A stretch of 63,721 nucleotides of DNA, counting the filler, from Octopus bimaculoides (Eukaryota): the NCBI RefSeq assembly GCF_001194135.2. It is 6 parts of 6 records of this genome, joined end to end, with 100 filler letters (N's around TTAATTAATTAA, not from the genome) between each part and the next. Parts side by side here need not be neighbours in the genome. Positions count along the whole stretch, not along the records: positions 60,668 to 63,721 come from NC_069002.1; 5 more parts are not named here. One strand, written 5' to 3'. A program made the position numbers and the translations under genes. Of the stretch, positions 63,558 to 63,721 are shown in pieces. Below the pieces are notes generated by a model that was given only the letters and a program-made list of their open reading frames with translations, was not told the DNA's origin and made no database searches. Position 1 is the stretch's first letter, and each line of letters begins with the position of its first letter.

Positions 63558-63721
63558 CTTTAACTTGTTTCAGTCATTTGACTGCTGCCATGCTGGAGCA
63601 CCACATTTAGTCGAACAAATCGACTCCAGGACTTTTTGTTTGTAAGTCTAGTACTTATTCTATCCGTCACTTTTTGTCAAACCATTAAGTTACGGGAACG
63701 TAAGCACACCAACATCAGTTG
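63558..63721 (-). mobile_element. SINE family B, 3' half (runs off window)
   Basis: CTTGTTTCAGTCATTTGACTGCTGCCATGCTGGAGCACC..GTCGAACAAATCGAC. Confidence 0.88.

Noticed and set aside
1-63721. Long ORFs in the six-frame track rich in YI/CV/TH/SL/ER or X
   Set aside because: Translations of dinucleotide/tetranucleotide microsatellites and N gaps; not genes.

Overview
Eukaryotic (not prokaryotic), AT-rich, microsatellite-dense draft-assembly sequence. Roughly a tenth is N, and five gaps are artificial 44N-TTAATTAATTAA-44N linkers. The SINE families, (GAT)n-tailed RTE LINEs and extreme microsatellite load point to a cephalopod, probably Octopus; this is inferred from remembered repeat consensuses and was not database-checked. 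No complete host gene is present, and nearly all long ORFs in the track are microsatellite or gap artefacts. The window is a transposon graveyard: one near-full-length decayed RTE LINE, more RTE pieces, several R4/Dong-clade (restriction-like endonuclease) LINE pieces including a young-looking 3' end with a (TAA)n tail, Penelope-like pieces, a Chapaev3 transposon 5' end, mariner/Tc1 remnants, a hAT MITE, and many tRNA-type SINEs of three families. Best leads: (1) three hammerhead-ribozyme-like motifs, one near-canonical (43079-43148) behind a Penelope ORF end; (2) a sharply CpG-depleted ~12 kb domain (14-26 kb) that looks like a methylated gene body and ends at a CpG-rich promoter-like patch; (3) a ~70-bp-stem hairpin (32153-32311); (4) double-hairpin ~65-nt repeats in RTE 3' UTRs; (5) non-coding cassettes embedded in TAA/TA arrays; (6) one candidate host exon (56791-56924). 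I found no evidence for a wholly new system beyond these leads.
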